A DNA stretch of 64,000 nucleotides. Origin: an archaeon (lineage in GTDB: Archaea; Nanobdellota; Nanobdellia; Pacearchaeales; GW2011-AR1). The notes below the pieces were generated by a model. That model was not told the DNA's origin, made no database searches, and was given only the letters and a program-made list of their open reading frames with translations. Where the stretch lies: the NCBI GenBank assembly GCA_018651605.1, contig JABIDS010000010.1:32053-96052 (forward strand), in the 5' to 3' direction. A program made the translations under genes and the position numbers. Positions 1-9,686 of this stretch are shown piece after piece (positions within the stretch are counted from its first letter, which is position 1; every line of letters starts with the position of its first letter).

Positions 1-32
1 TAACCTTAAGTCTTTCTCTTTTCCTTGCCATT

Positions 33-725
33 TTATTTCCTTGTAAGTTTCACCACCCCATACAAAAACAACACAAAAACAACAATATTAATAAGATAAA
101 CATTCAACAAAATCCCCTTATTCCAACTAAGATAATTCGCCAAAATAGCATTTAATATCCAAGCAGTCAAACTCAACAACATTGCTATAAAATAAAACTT
201 CAAAAACCTATGCTTATCTCCTTTCATTTTGTAGTTCCTATAACTAATAATACTTGCAATTAAAAACAAAATTATCTGAACTAAAAACATAAACAAGTAA
301 GTATCCCATAATGAATCCAACATCGCAATTAATAAAGACATAACATAAAACACCAACATCTTAAAATTAAACAACGAACTCAAAGAACCTTTATCAGATT
401 TTTCAAACCTTTTCCAAACTAAACTATAAAACAAAGAAAAACCTGCCATGATAAGAAAAAATTCAAACAAAATTATAATTATAAAATAATTTTCACTACC
501 TATAATAAATTGTGAAATCCAACGAGAACCAAGAACATACCTAAACAAAAAAGCAATTCCAAAGAAAAAGAAGGCATTTCTAAAATAACGAATCCCCTGA
601 TGCAAACTTAATTTAAACAACTTATGTGTCTTCAAAACAATAACTGCGCAGATAAACACAACTATAAACGAATAAATAAATTTAAACAACTCCATGTTCC
701 CACTAATTAAACTATAATCAAACAT
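33..725 (-). CDS. Hypothetical polytopic membrane protein (230 aa)
   Basis: The 230-aa ORF is intact. The translation is dominated by F/I/L-rich hydrophobic segments of about 20 aa separated by short basic loops. I recognise no catalytic motif. Confidence 0.5.
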   Translation of the reverse strand: MFDYSLISGNMELFKFIYSFIVVFICAVIVLKTHKLFKLSLHQGIRYFRNAFFFFGIAFLFRYVLGSRWISQFIIGSENYFIIIILFEFFLIMAGFSLFYSLVWKRFEKSDKGSLSSLFNFKMLVFYVMSLLIAMLDSLWDTYLFMFLVQIILFLIASIISYRNYKMKGDKHRFLKFYFIAMLLSLTAWILNAILANYLSWNKGILLNVYLINIVVFVLFLYGVVKLTRK

Positions 726-897
726 AAAATTATTTCCTTTCTAACTTATTTAAAGGTTTATATTCACCACTATATAGGTATTCTATCTATTTTCACTTCT
801 CACGCTTTATAAAGAAAATTTCACTTAATAAATTACAATAATCATAATAATATTAGCTATAAAGTCTGGCCAGTTTTTATAACTAATATTTTAAGAA

Positions 898-3800
898 TTA
901 ATTTTTCTTCAAAGCTTCAAAAATCTCTTCAAGCATTTCTTCATCTGAATCAAAATTCTTTTTTAGTATTTCTTTATTATTAATAATAACTTTTCCACCA
1001 TCCTTAGTAATTTTAACTAATTCCTTTAGTCCTCCAACATACCCCAATCCCGCATCAATAAATTCCCTATCTTTAGTAATCCACCTTCCCAACCCATCAT
1101 TAAAATTATATTTATAATAAGTACGTGAACCAAAAAATAACCACGCAGGATTGTAAAGAGTTATTCTAACTCCTTCCCTTAACATCTCATCAGACCAAAC
1201 AATTTTAGTTTCAATAACTTCTTCTCCCCCTTCAACTACCTCTTCTTCTCCACTAACCTCCTCCCCTTCAACCACCTCATCTCCGACCTCTCCACCATCA
1301 ACTACCTCTCCTTCCACAACCTCATCTCCACCAACATCTAAATCCCCTCCACTATCACTAACAACTTCTCCATCATTCAAATCCTCAGAAGTATCTTCAA
1401 TCCATCCATCATTTCTAATCTCAACATCCAAAAGGTTTGAAGCAACTTTATTGTAAAGTTTACCAAACCAATAAAGCCCCCGAGCCCTATAAACATTATT
1501 CACACCAAGTTCAGTCAAAAGTTCCAAATCATCAACAATACTTTTAATTTTTTCTTCAACACTTGCCTCACTCTCTCCTTTTTTAATAATCAAACCATTC
1601 ACAGAACTTTCAATTTTATTAGCCAAACTTGCACTTTCAGAACCAACAAGATAATCAACATCTCCAAAAATATCTTTCAATTCAACATTCTCTAAAATTT
1701 CATTTTCAATCCCCTTATCTCTAACAACATCTTTAACAGAATCACTATCCAACCAACATTTAACAGAAGGATCATCACAATAACCAACTTCTTTCCACCT
1801 ACTAGAAAGAGAAGACTCCTCACGATATTCTCCATTAGTAACTTGTTTACCAGGATTATCTGTAGCACAAACCCTTATAATCCCTCGAGAATAAAGTTCA
1901 GAATTCAAAAAATCCTCAACACCTGCTTGAATATTGGGATTAATCAAAGAAAGCGCAGAAGGAGTTCCAGCAACACAATTTTTCTCAGAAATAATATTAG
2001 CATCAATCTGTCCTTGAACATATTCATCATTTATTCTATTAATTGCATAAGAAGTTGAAACCTTACCAAAACCACATTCCTCACGACCATTAACACTAAC
2101 ACACAATTGTTTAAATCCCGTAGGAGCACTAAAATCTCTTGTCTTATCAACCTGACCCCCCCTTGCAACATAACCTCTATCAACATTATAATATCCAGTC
2201 GTATGAACACTGCCTGCAGAAGTAGGCAAGTCCTTCAAATAAACATTATATTGAGCACCAATATCTTTTCCAGCAAAAATATGAAAGTAAACCTTATAAT
2301 GAGAAAGGGCAGGAACAGTTGCACTAGTTAATTGACTTTCACTAAACCAAGCATGATATTGAACAGGACTATCTGGTTCTATTAGTGCCTCAAAAAAACC
2401 AGCAGAGCCAGGAACAGTTTGAGAAATAAAAGACTTGCAAACATCACTTCCTATTTCAGTTGTTGAACGAGCATTAAATGCTCTCACAGAATTAACAGCA
2501 TATTCATTTTTGAAATATCCAATAGCATTCTGAGTATTTTGCCAAGCAGATTGAATAACACTATATTCTCCACCACCACGAACCTGCCCATATGCTCCAG
2601 CAAGCAATCTTGGAACCAAAACTTCTAAAAAAGGTGCAGCTTGTTTCCAAAAAAATTCACAAACATAAATACTTTTAATTTCATCACAAACTCCAATATT
2701 CCTTCCAGTATTAACACTTTCATTTAAACAATCCACAGTTGAATTCAAAATACTTATGTAACCTTCTAATCCTGCATGAACACCTGTTAAACAAATAGGA
2801 ACAGCAATACCTTCCTTATAATTTGGCAAACATAAAACCAAACTTCCAATAATTCCTGTTTGCATTACATTATCTACCCTATATTTTCCTCCCAAATCAC
2901 ATCTTGAAGCAGGACAAACAACAGGATCACAAACATTAAACAAAAGATTACAATCAGAAATACTCATGAAATCTGTACACCTCCCAGATTCACCACCAAA
3001 AGAAGTCCCACTATCAAAAGTTTTACCATTAATTGTAATTCTCTCTCTTCCATATTGTTTAGCAGCCTCTGCAATAGCTCTCTGCGCTTTATCAATCAAT
3101 TTTTTAGAATCTCCAATACTCATTCCAGGAAAATTAATCTCTGCACCAGTTCTTTCATTATAATATCTACAAACATCATCTCCACTTTTCTTAAACTCAA
3201 TTAAACCATTCTCACCAACATTACAAATATAATAATTAACAACTCTTCCAGACTCGTCATAAGGTTTTCCAAAACCACTCAAAACATAAGTCATTTCAAC
3301 ATACCAACCATTCTCAACATCAAAAGGAACTTCTGCAGGCAAACCTTTATACGGTTCTCTATCAAAATATTTAACTTTTAACCTATCCACACCCTGAATC
3401 CTATTATTATAACCAATATCATTATCTTGTTTTAATCTATCCATTCCAGCTAAACTCATATAATCTCTAACAGATTTTTCAGCATCTCCTTCAAGTTTCT
3501 CTCCAGTTGAGACAATATAAATATCTCCTTCAGGATGATATTCTCCACCAGCCCTTTCAACCCTATTAACTTCAACAATAACTTCCTTACCACTCACAGT
3601 TTCATTAGCCGTAAAAATCTCCTTACCAAAAACTTTACTCGAAGGAATATAAATCCTCACAACCCTATTTCCAGTTTCAAAATTTTTATAAATATCATGA
3701 CTTTTATCTCCCTTAGTAATTGTTTTAATATCTCCATAAGTTACAGAATCTCCAAAAGCATTAGTCGCCTTAATCCCTAAATTTTTATAATTCTCATTAG

Positions 3801-6612
3801 CCCCTTGAGTTTTAATCGCATCGGTATTCTCCTCATAATTTTTGCCCATTAAAACCATCCTTCCCAATTCTTTATCTCCCATGTTCTTCAAAACCTCACT
3901 TCCAGAATCCTTGACATTTGACAAAGTCATTATATTTCTTCTTTGTTCATGAGTCAAACTATCCCAACTACAAATACCATTTTCACCATTAAATGAAACA
4001 CTTTTTCCACCCTCTCCAGGTAAATCAACACTTCCACCCTTACCTTTGCACCATTCATCAAATTTCACCTTAAATTTATCTTCGACTTTTTTAGTATCAA
4101 CCCTTCCTTCAAAATCCAAAAAATCACTCCTCTCAATTCCAACCTCATTCTGAATTCCTTTCAAAATATCATTAGTTTTCTTTATTTCATCAGAATAAGT
4201 TTTAACATCACTTTCAATCTCATTTTTCTTATCCAACAAACATTGTTGCAAACTAACATATTCTTTATCATTAACTAACTCCTCACATTTTTCATTCCAA
4301 CCACCAAGATTCGTCATCAAATCATTTCTCGCAATAGATTCTCCATTTAATCCAGAAAATAAACTCTTAGTAGTCAACAATGCAGACGTAGCAAAACACG
4401 CAGTCTTCATAACCTTAACCACATTACCCAATTGCGCATTAATTTTATTTAATTTCTCAATACTCTCGATTAAATCCTCTGCCATTTCCTTAGCTTTTTC
4501 AGGACTTAATTGAATAGCTCTTTTTTCAATTCCAATCCTAAATGAAAATTTCGCATTAGTTCTAGCCCCATAATCAACAGGCTGAACACTTACCTTAACC
4601 TGCTTTTTAATATTTATTCCAATCAACCTAATTCTAACCCCATTCAAATCAATTTGATTATTATCCAAACTTAATCTATGACTCTTAACATCCTTATTTC
4701 TTCGAGATTTAATAATTACATAATTTGTATCAACTTTTTCAAGTTCAATAGTTTGCTTCACATCAGCATTACTTCCAACACTTTCAACATCACCCAACCC
4801 TAAAGTTTTCTCACTTGCATCAATCATCAAAACAGCGCCAGCATCACTCTTACTAGGCCTTTTAAAATCCAATAAATCAATAAAATGTTGCTCTTCATTT
4901 ATTGAAACAACAGCCTTAGAATTACTATTATCATACTTAACCAACAAATCTTTATTCCTTTTTGCATCTCTCGCAGCAGATGAATCAGGATAATCTCTAA
5001 TAATCTGATCATAAAAATTCAAAGCCCTAGCATTCATCCCAAATTGCCGAGACAACTGTGCAGCCTCAAATAAACCATTAGCAGCATAAGCATCTTTCTC
5101 AGGCCCCTTTTCATTAGGATAAATATCAACCAAATCTCCATATTTTTGAATAGCCAAATCATAATAGTCTTTTGCTAAAAGCTCATCTGCACCAATATCT
5201 TCAACAGCCCAATTTTTATCAACCATTGCAGAAACAAAATCCAATTTAATCCCCGAATAACTATCTCCTTCTTTCAAAACCGCAACTTTTACATTATCCT
5301 CTAAAACTGCAATTTGTTCTTTAGTTAACTTTTTCTTATACCCATTTTTAATTCCTCTCTCAATCTCACTTTTCAATTCCCCAATATTCTTAGAATTTTC
5401 TTTAATTATTTCATCGACAATAGAATTAACTCCTTTCTCAACAAAATCCTTTTCAGTTCTAGAAAATTCATCCCCCACCAAAACAACATACTTTTTATTA
5501 CTCTTATCTTGCCCAAGATAAGCCAAATAAATATTCTTATTAGCATCCACTCTTTCATTAACTATAACTCTTTCTTTTATCTCATTCCCTAAACTAAATT
5601 CTGCTGCACCAGGATTTAAATCTAAAACAAATTTCCCCCCAGCCCCTGAACAACTAACACTTAACTTGCCTCCAACTCCATTTGTATCCAAACCACTAAC
5701 ACTACACTTCCCATTCAAAAACTTATCTCCTTTTGAAACCCAAGTTTGTTTATCATCAATTTGAATCAAAGCACTATCAACAGGAGCACGAATATCTTCT
5801 ACCTTAATTTTCATCCCTGCAGAACAATAATATCCATCCAAATGAATCTCCCCAGAAGTCTCACCATTCTTTAAAGTAACAGAAGTTTGCCGACTATCTG
5901 CATCCCTATAAATTCCAATTGTAGCTCCATCTGAATCAATAGATTCTGCCCGAACATACGCCTTACCATTCCAAAAACCATTCTCCAGATATTCTCTCAA
6001 CCATTCCTTATCATTCATCTCATCAATATAAAAATCACTATTCCCAATACCAAAACTCCCTTCACTATCATAATCAATAGTCGCAGTAATATTCCCCTCA
6101 ACAAAATCCGGCATATCTCTTTCAAGCGCTTGCCTTGAAACTACAATAACCAAATAACCCAAATCATTATTAACAAGAGAATCCAAAACATTAGGTTGAT
6201 TATATCTATCTGTTCTTCTTACAGCAGCCTTAGAAGGAAAATAACTAACACCTGAAACACCTTTAGGATACTCTCCCTTAAAATGTAAACTCCTAATTCT
6301 TGAAACATCAATTAAAGGATTTATCTGAATAGATCGAACCTTACAAAAAACAGGAACATTTTGCTCTTCCAATAAATCAGACCGAACAACTGCAGGACTA
6401 CAACTTCCAGGAATTATCTGCATAATTATATCCCCCCCAGATTGGCACATAGATTTATCAAAAGTCCCTCCACCAACATATCCAGAACCATAACTAGGGT
6501 TAGTAAATTGAGGATTAACAGATGAACCATAAACATTATAATCATTAACACTAACAACAAAACCAACTTGCATAAACAAAACTATTACAAATAAAAAACA
6601 AATCTTTCTCAT
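898..6612 (-). CDS. Giant (1904 aa) secreted cysteine-rich surface protein with acidic V/E/G C-terminal repeat
   Basis: The 5.7-kb ORF is uninterrupted. It has a signal-like N-terminus (MRKICFLFVIVLFMQVGFVVSV), a TPR-like helical stretch (YYDLAIQKYGDL...FYDQIIRDYPDSSAARDA), a dense Cys cluster in the C-terminal half and an acidic degenerate repeat near the end. Its start overlaps the upstream stop by 4 nt. Confidence 0.75.
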   Translation of the reverse strand: MRKICFLFVIVLFMQVGFVVSVNDYNVYGSSVNPQFTNPSYGSGYVGGGTFDKSMCQSGGDIIMQIIPGSCSPAVVRSDLLEEQNVPVFCKVRSIQINPLIDVSRIRSLHFKGEYPKGVSGVSYFPSKAAVRRTDRYNQPNVLDSLVNNDLGYLVIVVSRQALERDMPDFVEGNITATIDYDSEGSFGIGNSDFYIDEMNDKEWLREYLENGFWNGKAYVRAESIDSDGATIGIYRDADSRQTSVTLKNGETSGEIHLDGYYCSAGMKIKVEDIRAPVDSALIQIDDKQTWVSKGDKFLNGKCSVSGLDTNGVGGKLSVSCSGAGGKFVLDLNPGAAEFSLGNEIKERVIVNERVDANKNIYLAYLGQDKSNKKYVVLVGDEFSRTEKDFVEKGVNSIVDEIIKENSKNIGELKSEIERGIKNGYKKKLTKEQIAVLEDNVKVAVLKEGDSYSGIKLDFVSAMVDKNWAVEDIGADELLAKDYYDLAIQKYGDLVDIYPNEKGPEKDAYAANGLFEAAQLSRQFGMNARALNFYDQIIRDYPDSSAARDAKRNKDLLVKYDNSNSKAVVSINEEQHFIDLLDFKRPSKSDAGAVLMIDASEKTLGLGDVESVGSNADVKQTIELEKVDTNYVIIKSRRNKDVKSHRLSLDNNQIDLNGVRIRLIGINIKKQVKVSVQPVDYGARTNAKFSFRIGIEKRAIQLSPEKAKEMAEDLIESIEKLNKINAQLGNVVKVMKTACFATSALLTTKSLFSGLNGESIARNDLMTNLGGWNEKCEELVNDKEYVSLQQCLLDKKNEIESDVKTYSDEIKKTNDILKGIQNEVGIERSDFLDFEGRVDTKKVEDKFKVKFDEWCKGKGGSVDLPGEGGKSVSFNGENGICSWDSLTHEQRRNIMTLSNVKDSGSEVLKNMGDKELGRMVLMGKNYEENTDAIKTQGANENYKNLGIKATNAFGDSVTYGDIKTITKGDKSHDIYKNFETGNRVVRIYIPSSKVFGKEIFTANETVSGKEVIVEVNRVERAGGEYHPEGDIYIVSTGEKLEGDAEKSVRDYMSLAGMDRLKQDNDIGYNNRIQGVDRLKVKYFDREPYKGLPAEVPFDVENGWYVEMTYVLSGFGKPYDESGRVVNYYICNVGENGLIEFKKSGDDVCRYYNERTGAEINFPGMSIGDSKKLIDKAQRAIAEAAKQYGRERITINGKTFDSGTSFGGESGRCTDFMSISDCNLLFNVCDPVVCPASRCDLGGKYRVDNVMQTGIIGSLVLCLPNYKEGIAVPICLTGVHAGLEGYISILNSTVDCLNESVNTGRNIGVCDEIKSIYVCEFFWKQAAPFLEVLVPRLLAGAYGQVRGGGEYSVIQSAWQNTQNAIGYFKNEYAVNSVRAFNARSTTEIGSDVCKSFISQTVPGSAGFFEALIEPDSPVQYHAWFSESQLTSATVPALSHYKVYFHIFAGKDIGAQYNVYLKDLPTSAGSVHTTGYYNVDRGYVARGGQVDKTRDFSAPTGFKQLCVSVNGREECGFGKVSTSYAINRINDEYVQGQIDANIISEKNCVAGTPSALSLINPNIQAGVEDFLNSELYSRGIIRVCATDNPGKQVTNGEYREESSLSSRWKEVGYCDDPSVKCWLDSDSVKDVVRDKGIENEILENVELKDIFGDVDYLVGSESASLANKIESSVNGLIIKKGESEASVEEKIKSIVDDLELLTELGVNNVYRARGLYWFGKLYNKVASNLLDVEIRNDGWIEDTSEDLNDGEVVSDSGGDLDVGGDEVVEGEVVDGGEVGDEVVEGEEVSGEEEVVEGGEEVIETKIVWSDEMLREGVRITLYNPAWLFFGSRTYYKYNFNDGLGRWITKDREFIDAGLGYVGGLKELVKITKDGGKVIINNKEILKKNFDSDEEMLEEIFEALKKN

Positions 6613-8483
6613 CCAAACGCCACCCCCACATTTCCATCTTTAACTCTCTGATAATTACCTTGCAAATCTTCAACCTTTGAAGGAATACCAAAATCATCAA
6701 CACTAAGAATCAATTTATTAGAACCACTCAACTCACTTTCACTAACATAATAATTATTAGTTCCCCCTCCAGAAATACCGCTCTCAATATTTTGCTCAGG
6801 AACTTCCATATTAAAACATTTTTCTTCCGTAAAACCAAACACTCCTGCAACACCACTTTTAGGAACATCAACACATTTCAAACTACTATCTCCTTCTAGC
6901 TTCATATTAACATCACTATAAACATAAACTTGAACTTCATACTGCCCACCTGACAATTTAATCTTTTTTTGTTCAGGATATGCAAGAGTAACTTTACTCT
7001 CTCCATCAAATGTAACAATAGCCCGGCTATTTGAACCAATATTCATTTCTAAATCCAACTCATATTCTTTATCCAATACAATATCTACAACACCACCCTC
7101 AACACTATCCATTAAATATTTTTCAGTTTTGTAACCCTCTGCACTAGCAATTAAATAACCATTAACACATTGAGGAAACTTTTCAGTCAAGATAGCATTA
7201 TCACCAACAATCTTGCTCTCACCAATCTCACAACTACTATCAAAACACTTAAACTTAATTCTTGCCTCCACAGGCTCCAAATTACTATTATAAGTATAAA
7301 CATCAAATTCACTATTCTTATGTTCACATAGTTCTGGAATAACGTCAGGCAATCCTTCAACATCTAATGCTTCTCTTGGTTTATTTTTATCAATCATAAC
7401 AACAACTGGAAACTGAAACATTTCATTTCCTGAATACAACTGAACCAAAACTGGAAAAGCAAAATCATAAACAAAATGATAAGGAGCATAACAAAAGCCC
7501 ATCATTTCCAAACCTTCTTGATTTCCAATAGGATCTGCTCGGATAATTCCTCCATCAGAAGGCCAAACTTCCATTTTCATAGGCCAATTAGGTGAATACA
7601 TGAAATTAACATTAGTATCAACATCCTCTCCAATATCTCTAACAAAATATTTATTTTCAGAAGATTTCAAATCATAATAATCTCCTTTAATTTTAATTGC
7701 AGGAACATTTGCTTCCAAAGCATCAATCATTCCCCTTCTCACTCCATCAACCTCCCAAATTTTTGGAACACAACTAATTTCAGTTCCATCAACAGGAGCA
7801 TACAATCTCAAAATATCCACACCATAATTCTCCAAAAACATTTCATCTTTATTATTCAAATAAATCTTCTTAGCTAAATCATAAAACTTACCAATGCTGG
7901 ATTGAACATTATCTGAATGACTCTCCCCAGTCCAACTACTTTCACCAAAACTAATCTTTATCCTTTGCTTAACTTCAAAATTAATTTTATCTTTATCTAT
8001 CTCAATATCCACTCCAACTTTTTCATTATCTAATTCAACCTCAAACCCATTTTTTTCAAAATAACTAAAATCACAAAGAACAACACCGCCTTCAACAAAA
8101 TCTTCTAATTGACTCTCCATTTTACCTTCACTAGGAATTTGCTCTTTTTTAATTCCGTTTCCAGAAACATAATACCAATAAGGAATTCCCAAACCCATAA
8201 AACCTAAATGAGATGAAAAAGGCATATACTCACTTCCTGGAGAAAAATCAGGACTTTCAATATAACCTCCTTGTTCCCCCAAAATCCTAGCACCATTAGA
8301 AACTTCATTTTCAATACAACTTAAATAATAATTATAAACAGGCTCTAATTCTGCAGGAACATTAGCAAAAGAAAAACTAGCCCTAAAAATAAAAAATAAA
8401 ACAATCCCAGTAACAATAACTAATGCAAGAATAATAAAAACACTCACTTGCCCCTTAGAATCTTTCATTTTCAAATCACGCAT
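6609..8483 (-). CDS. Large extracellular protein with class III (type IV pilin-like) N-terminal signal
   Basis: The ORF-track start at 8513 is a TTG, so I prefer the ATG at 8483. The N-terminus MRDLKMKDSKGQ/VSVFIILALVIVTGIVLFFIF is a basic leader, then KG, then a roughly 20-aa hydrophobic helix. The rest of the protein is soluble and beta-rich in appearance. Confidence 0.7.
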   Translation of the reverse strand: MRDLKMKDSKGQVSVFIILALVIVTGIVLFFIFRASFSFANVPAELEPVYNYYLSCIENEVSNGARILGEQGGYIESPDFSPGSEYMPFSSHLGFMGLGIPYWYYVSGNGIKKEQIPSEGKMESQLEDFVEGGVVLCDFSYFEKNGFEVELDNEKVGVDIEIDKDKINFEVKQRIKISFGESSWTGESHSDNVQSSIGKFYDLAKKIYLNNKDEMFLENYGVDILRLYAPVDGTEISCVPKIWEVDGVRRGMIDALEANVPAIKIKGDYYDLKSSENKYFVRDIGEDVDTNVNFMYSPNWPMKMEVWPSDGGIIRADPIGNQEGLEMMGFCYAPYHFVYDFAFPVLVQLYSGNEMFQFPVVVMIDKNKPREALDVEGLPDVIPELCEHKNSEFDVYTYNSNLEPVEARIKFKCFDSSCEIGESKIVGDNAILTEKFPQCVNGYLIASAEGYKTEKYLMDSVEGGVVDIVLDKEYELDLEMNIGSNSRAIVTFDGESKVTLAYPEQKKIKLSGGQYEVQVYVYSDVNMKLEGDSSLKCVDVPKSGVAGVFGFTEEKCFNMEVPEQNIESGISGGGTNNYYVSESELSGSNKLILSVDDFGIPSKVEDLQGNYQRVKDGNVGVAFG

Positions 8484-8610
8484 TTTTCTTACCCTTTTTA
8501 ACCTTATTTTCAATTAATTTAATAATTTCAGTATTAATATCTTTTTCATTACTATCTTTAAACTTTTCCCATAATTCAGAATCTTCTATCAAAAGCAAAT
8601 ATTTTTTCAT
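8476..8610 (-). CDS. Small ribbon-helix-helix (CopG/Arc-like) protein, 44 aa
   Basis: This ORF is below the ORF-track cutoff. The ATG is at 8610, and the TGA at 8476-8478 overlaps the downstream ATG (ATGCGTGA). The translation is MKKYLLLIEDSELWEKFKDSNEKDINTEIIKLIENKVKKGKKNA, which fits a beta-strand plus two helices. It is a paralog of the ORF at 32825-32965. Confidence 0.45.
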   Translation of the reverse strand: MKKYLLLIEDSELWEKFKDSNEKDINTEIIKLIENKVKKGKKNA

Positions 8611-8787
8611 TTTAGTCTTTTCAAAATGTTAGCATTTTACACCCCAATTCCCCTTTTCTTTTTCATTTTACACCCAATCTCCCTTTTTCTTTACATTACT
8701 AAAAACATACACTATTTAAATCTTTCTTATTAACTTAGTAACTTACTTAGTAACTAAGAACAACATAAGAAACCTAAAAAGAATAAA

Positions 8788-8858
8788 TGGTCCTACCAAG
8801 AATCGAACTTGAGATTTATCCACGTCAAGGATACGTTTTGCCACTAAACTATAGGACC
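8788..8858 (-). tRNA. tRNA-Val (anticodon GAC)
   Basis: The reverse complement folds as a cloverleaf: acceptor GGTCCTA/TAGGACC, D stem GTTT/AAAC, anticodon stem TATCC/GGATA with loop TTGACGT, and T arm TCAAG-TTCGATT-CTTGG. CCA is not encoded. Confidence 0.85.
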
Positions 8859-8898
8859 CTATTATAGGATTAAAATCTTAATTTTTAAAACCTTTGTT

Positions 8899-9180
8899 TT
8901 AAATCCTTCTCTTTCCAATTTTCCCACCTTTAACCTGCCCCCAATTCCCTCTAACAAACTCAACATCCAATTCTCTAACATCAATCTTAGCCAACCTACA
9001 TAAATCTTCAAAAAATTCCGCATCCATCAATCTCCGCTCAACATAATAATTTTTCAAACTAGAATATTTAACATCAAAACCAAACTGTAAAATTCCTCTC
9101 AATGAAATACAACCCAATCTAGCCACAACTAAATCCAAAAATTTTCTCTGCATTCCTTTCTTAAACAACACTCTATCCAT
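8899..9180 (-). CDS. Hypothetical small protein (possible HTH)
   Basis: The ORF-track start at 9273 would overlap the divergent L44e gene, so I chose the internal ATG at 9180 (MDRVLFKKGMQRKF...). There is no diagnostic motif. Confidence 0.45.
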   Translation of the reverse strand: MDRVLFKKGMQRKFLDLVVARLGCISLRGILQFGFDVKYSSLKNYYVERRLMDAEFFEDLCRLAKIDVRELDVEFVRGNWGQVKGGKIGKRRI

Positions 9181-9248
9181 AAATAACTCCGACACCATCA
9201 ACATCCAAAACTTTAAAAACCCTTTCATCAACCAATTATTATACGAAA

Positions 9249-9563
9249 ATGAAAGTACCAAAAAAAACACCAAGATTTTGCCCCAAATGCAAAAAAAGAA
9301 CAGAACAAAAAATAGACTTAGTTAGTACAGGTGGTAAAAGAGGAACTTTAAAACGAGGTTCAATCGCACGTTCAAAATTAAGAAACGCTTCACCAGGTAA
9401 AGGAAACCAAGGAAAAAGAAGTAGAAAAGCAATCAAAAACTGGAAAAGAAAAACAAAAACAACTACAAGAAAAGTTTTAATCTATACATGTCAAGAATGC
9501 AAAAAATCAAAACATGCTAAAAAATCCAGAAGAGTATCTAAATTAATTGTAGGAGATAAATAA
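9249..9563 (+). CDS. rpl44e: 50S ribosomal protein L44e (eL42)
   Basis: The protein is very basic. It carries the zinc-ribbon pairs CPKCKK...CQECKK and the N-terminus MKVPKKTPRFCPKCKKRTEQKI typical of L44e. Confidence 0.85.
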   Translation: MKVPKKTPRFCPKCKKRTEQKIDLVSTGGKRGTLKRGSIARSKLRNASPGKGNQGKRSRKAIKNWKRKTKTTTRKVLIYTCQECKKSKHAKKSRRVSKLIVGDK

Positions 9564-9645
9564 GATGATATTAAAATATAGGAGAACCATACAAACTTCG
9601 AAGAAGCTTTCTTTAGGGAAGATATATAAACTAAAAGGAGGATGC

Positions 9646-9671
9646 ATCCAAGGAACCTTGGTTCCTTGGAT
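9646..9671 (+). promoter_or_regulatory. GC-rich nested palindrome/hairpin in the S3Ae leader
   Basis: ATCCAAGGAACC-TT-GGTTCCTTGGAT has perfect 12-nt arms. It is preceded by the overlapping palindrome GGATGCATCC and lies 15 nt upstream of the S3Ae ATG. Confidence 0.35.
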
Positions 9672-9686
9672 TAGGTGTCTTAGATA

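Noticed and set aside
1-31. A possible start of another minus-strand gene (ATG at 29-31, MARKRERLKV...) running off the left edge.
   Set aside because: Only about 10 codons are visible, so it cannot be supported or identified.
1843-3780. Plus-strand ORFs of 65-81 aa (1843-2058, 2107-2331, 2966-3163, 3535-3780) inside the 1904-aa gene.
   Set aside because: They are antisense to a long, clearly coding ORF. Their translations are low-complexity (I/N/S/R-rich), as expected from the reverse frame of AT-rich coding DNA.
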